From: Torpedo marmorata
Taxonomy: Eukaryota
Reading direction: 5' to 3'
DNA length: 64,000 nt
Assembly (NCBI GenBank): GCA_977017645.1
Contig: OZ360236.1
Coordinates: 63,922,001-63,986,000, forward strand
Shown here: positions 63,171 to 64,000 of the stretch, piece by piece
How positions within the stretch are numbered: the first letter of the stretch is position 1
Layout of the letters: each line of letters opens with the position of its first letter
Notes under the pieces: model-generated
Databases searched by the model: none
Seen by the model: the letters and a program-made list of their open reading frames with translations, nothing else
What the model was told of the DNA's origin: nothing
Translations under genes and position numbers: made by a program

Positions 63171-63224
63171 ATTGGAGCTTCTGAAAGAAATTATTTCCAG
63201 GAAAGCTTTTAAAGACCTTCAGAC

Positions 63225-64000
63225 CCTAAGGATGCGTGCTTAGCCCGCTGCTCTACTTGTTATACACCCATGACTGTAGCCAGGCACAATTCCAATGCCA
63301 TCTACAAGTTTGCCGATGACACCACAGTTGTCAGCAGAATCACAAACGGCAATGAGGAAGCGTACAGGAGGGAGATAGATCAGCTCGTTAAATGGAGTAA
63401 TGACAACAACCTTGCGCTCAACGTCAGCAAAACCAAGGAGATGATTGTGGACTTCAGGAGGAAGTCAGGGGAACATGACCCAGTCCTCATCGAGGGCTCA
63501 GTGGTGGAGAGGGTCAAGAACTTCAAATTCCTGAGTGTCAACATCTCCGAGGATCTGTCCTGGAGCCTCCACGTTGATGCAATCACAAAGAAAGCTCACC
63601 AGCGGCTATACTTTGTGAGGTGTCTGAGGAGATTCGGTATGTCACTGAAGACTCTCGTAAACTTCTACAGGTGTACCATGGAGAGCATTCTGGCTGGTTG
63701 CATCACTGCCTGGTATGGAGGCGCCAACTTTCAGGACAAGAATAAACTCCAGAGGGTTGTTAACTCGGCCTGCGACATCACAGGCACCAGACTTCACTCC
63801 ATCGAGGATATCTACATGAGACAGTGTCTTTAAAAAAAGCAGCCTCTATCCTCAAAGACCCCCACCACCCAGGCCAGGCCCTCTTCATCTGCTACCATTG
63901 GGAAAAAGGTACAGGAGCCTAAAGATGAGCACTCAATGGCACAAGGACAGCTTCTTTCCGCTGCCATCAGATTCCTGAATAATCAATGAACCAAAGACAC
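63225..64000 (+). mobile_element. Rex1/Babar-like LINE RT 3' part
   Basis: GCVLSPLLY..., KFADDTTVVSRI...NNLALNVSKTKEMIVDFRR...FKFLSVNISEDLSW. Confidence 0.9.

Overview
Vertebrate nuclear DNA, intron- and repeat-rich. It is almost certainly from a cartilaginous fish (V-SINE/HE1-like, CR1, Rex1/Babar, L1/Tx1 and Penelope repeats) and probably an electric ray, judging by a Torpedo-like rapsyn sequence (inference). The window holds the conserved TGM2-RPRD1B-TTI1 block: the last six coding exons of a TGM2-like transglutaminase (+), a complete RPRD1B gene (-) and the 5' part of TTI1 (+), head-to-head with RPRD1B. The main discovery is a 940-bp non-autonomous hAT-type DNA transposon (7830-8769) in TGM2-like intron 10. 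It has 20-bp TIRs, a degenerate 8-bp TSD and interrupts a CR1 LINE. It carries an intronless ~154-codon internal fragment of RAPSN that appears to cross two exon junctions, i.e. spliced mRNA captured in a cut-and-paste element, and forms an open chimeric ORF ending at a consensus splice donor. Other notable items: a candidate extra in-frame 165-bp RPRD1B exon, a twin-primed (5'-inverted) L1 with a TSD, Penelope hammerhead-like motifs, a 1.5-kb G-rich minisatellite near the bidirectional promoter, and shared GC-rich cargo in several MITEs. Reference comparisons are from memory; no database search was run.
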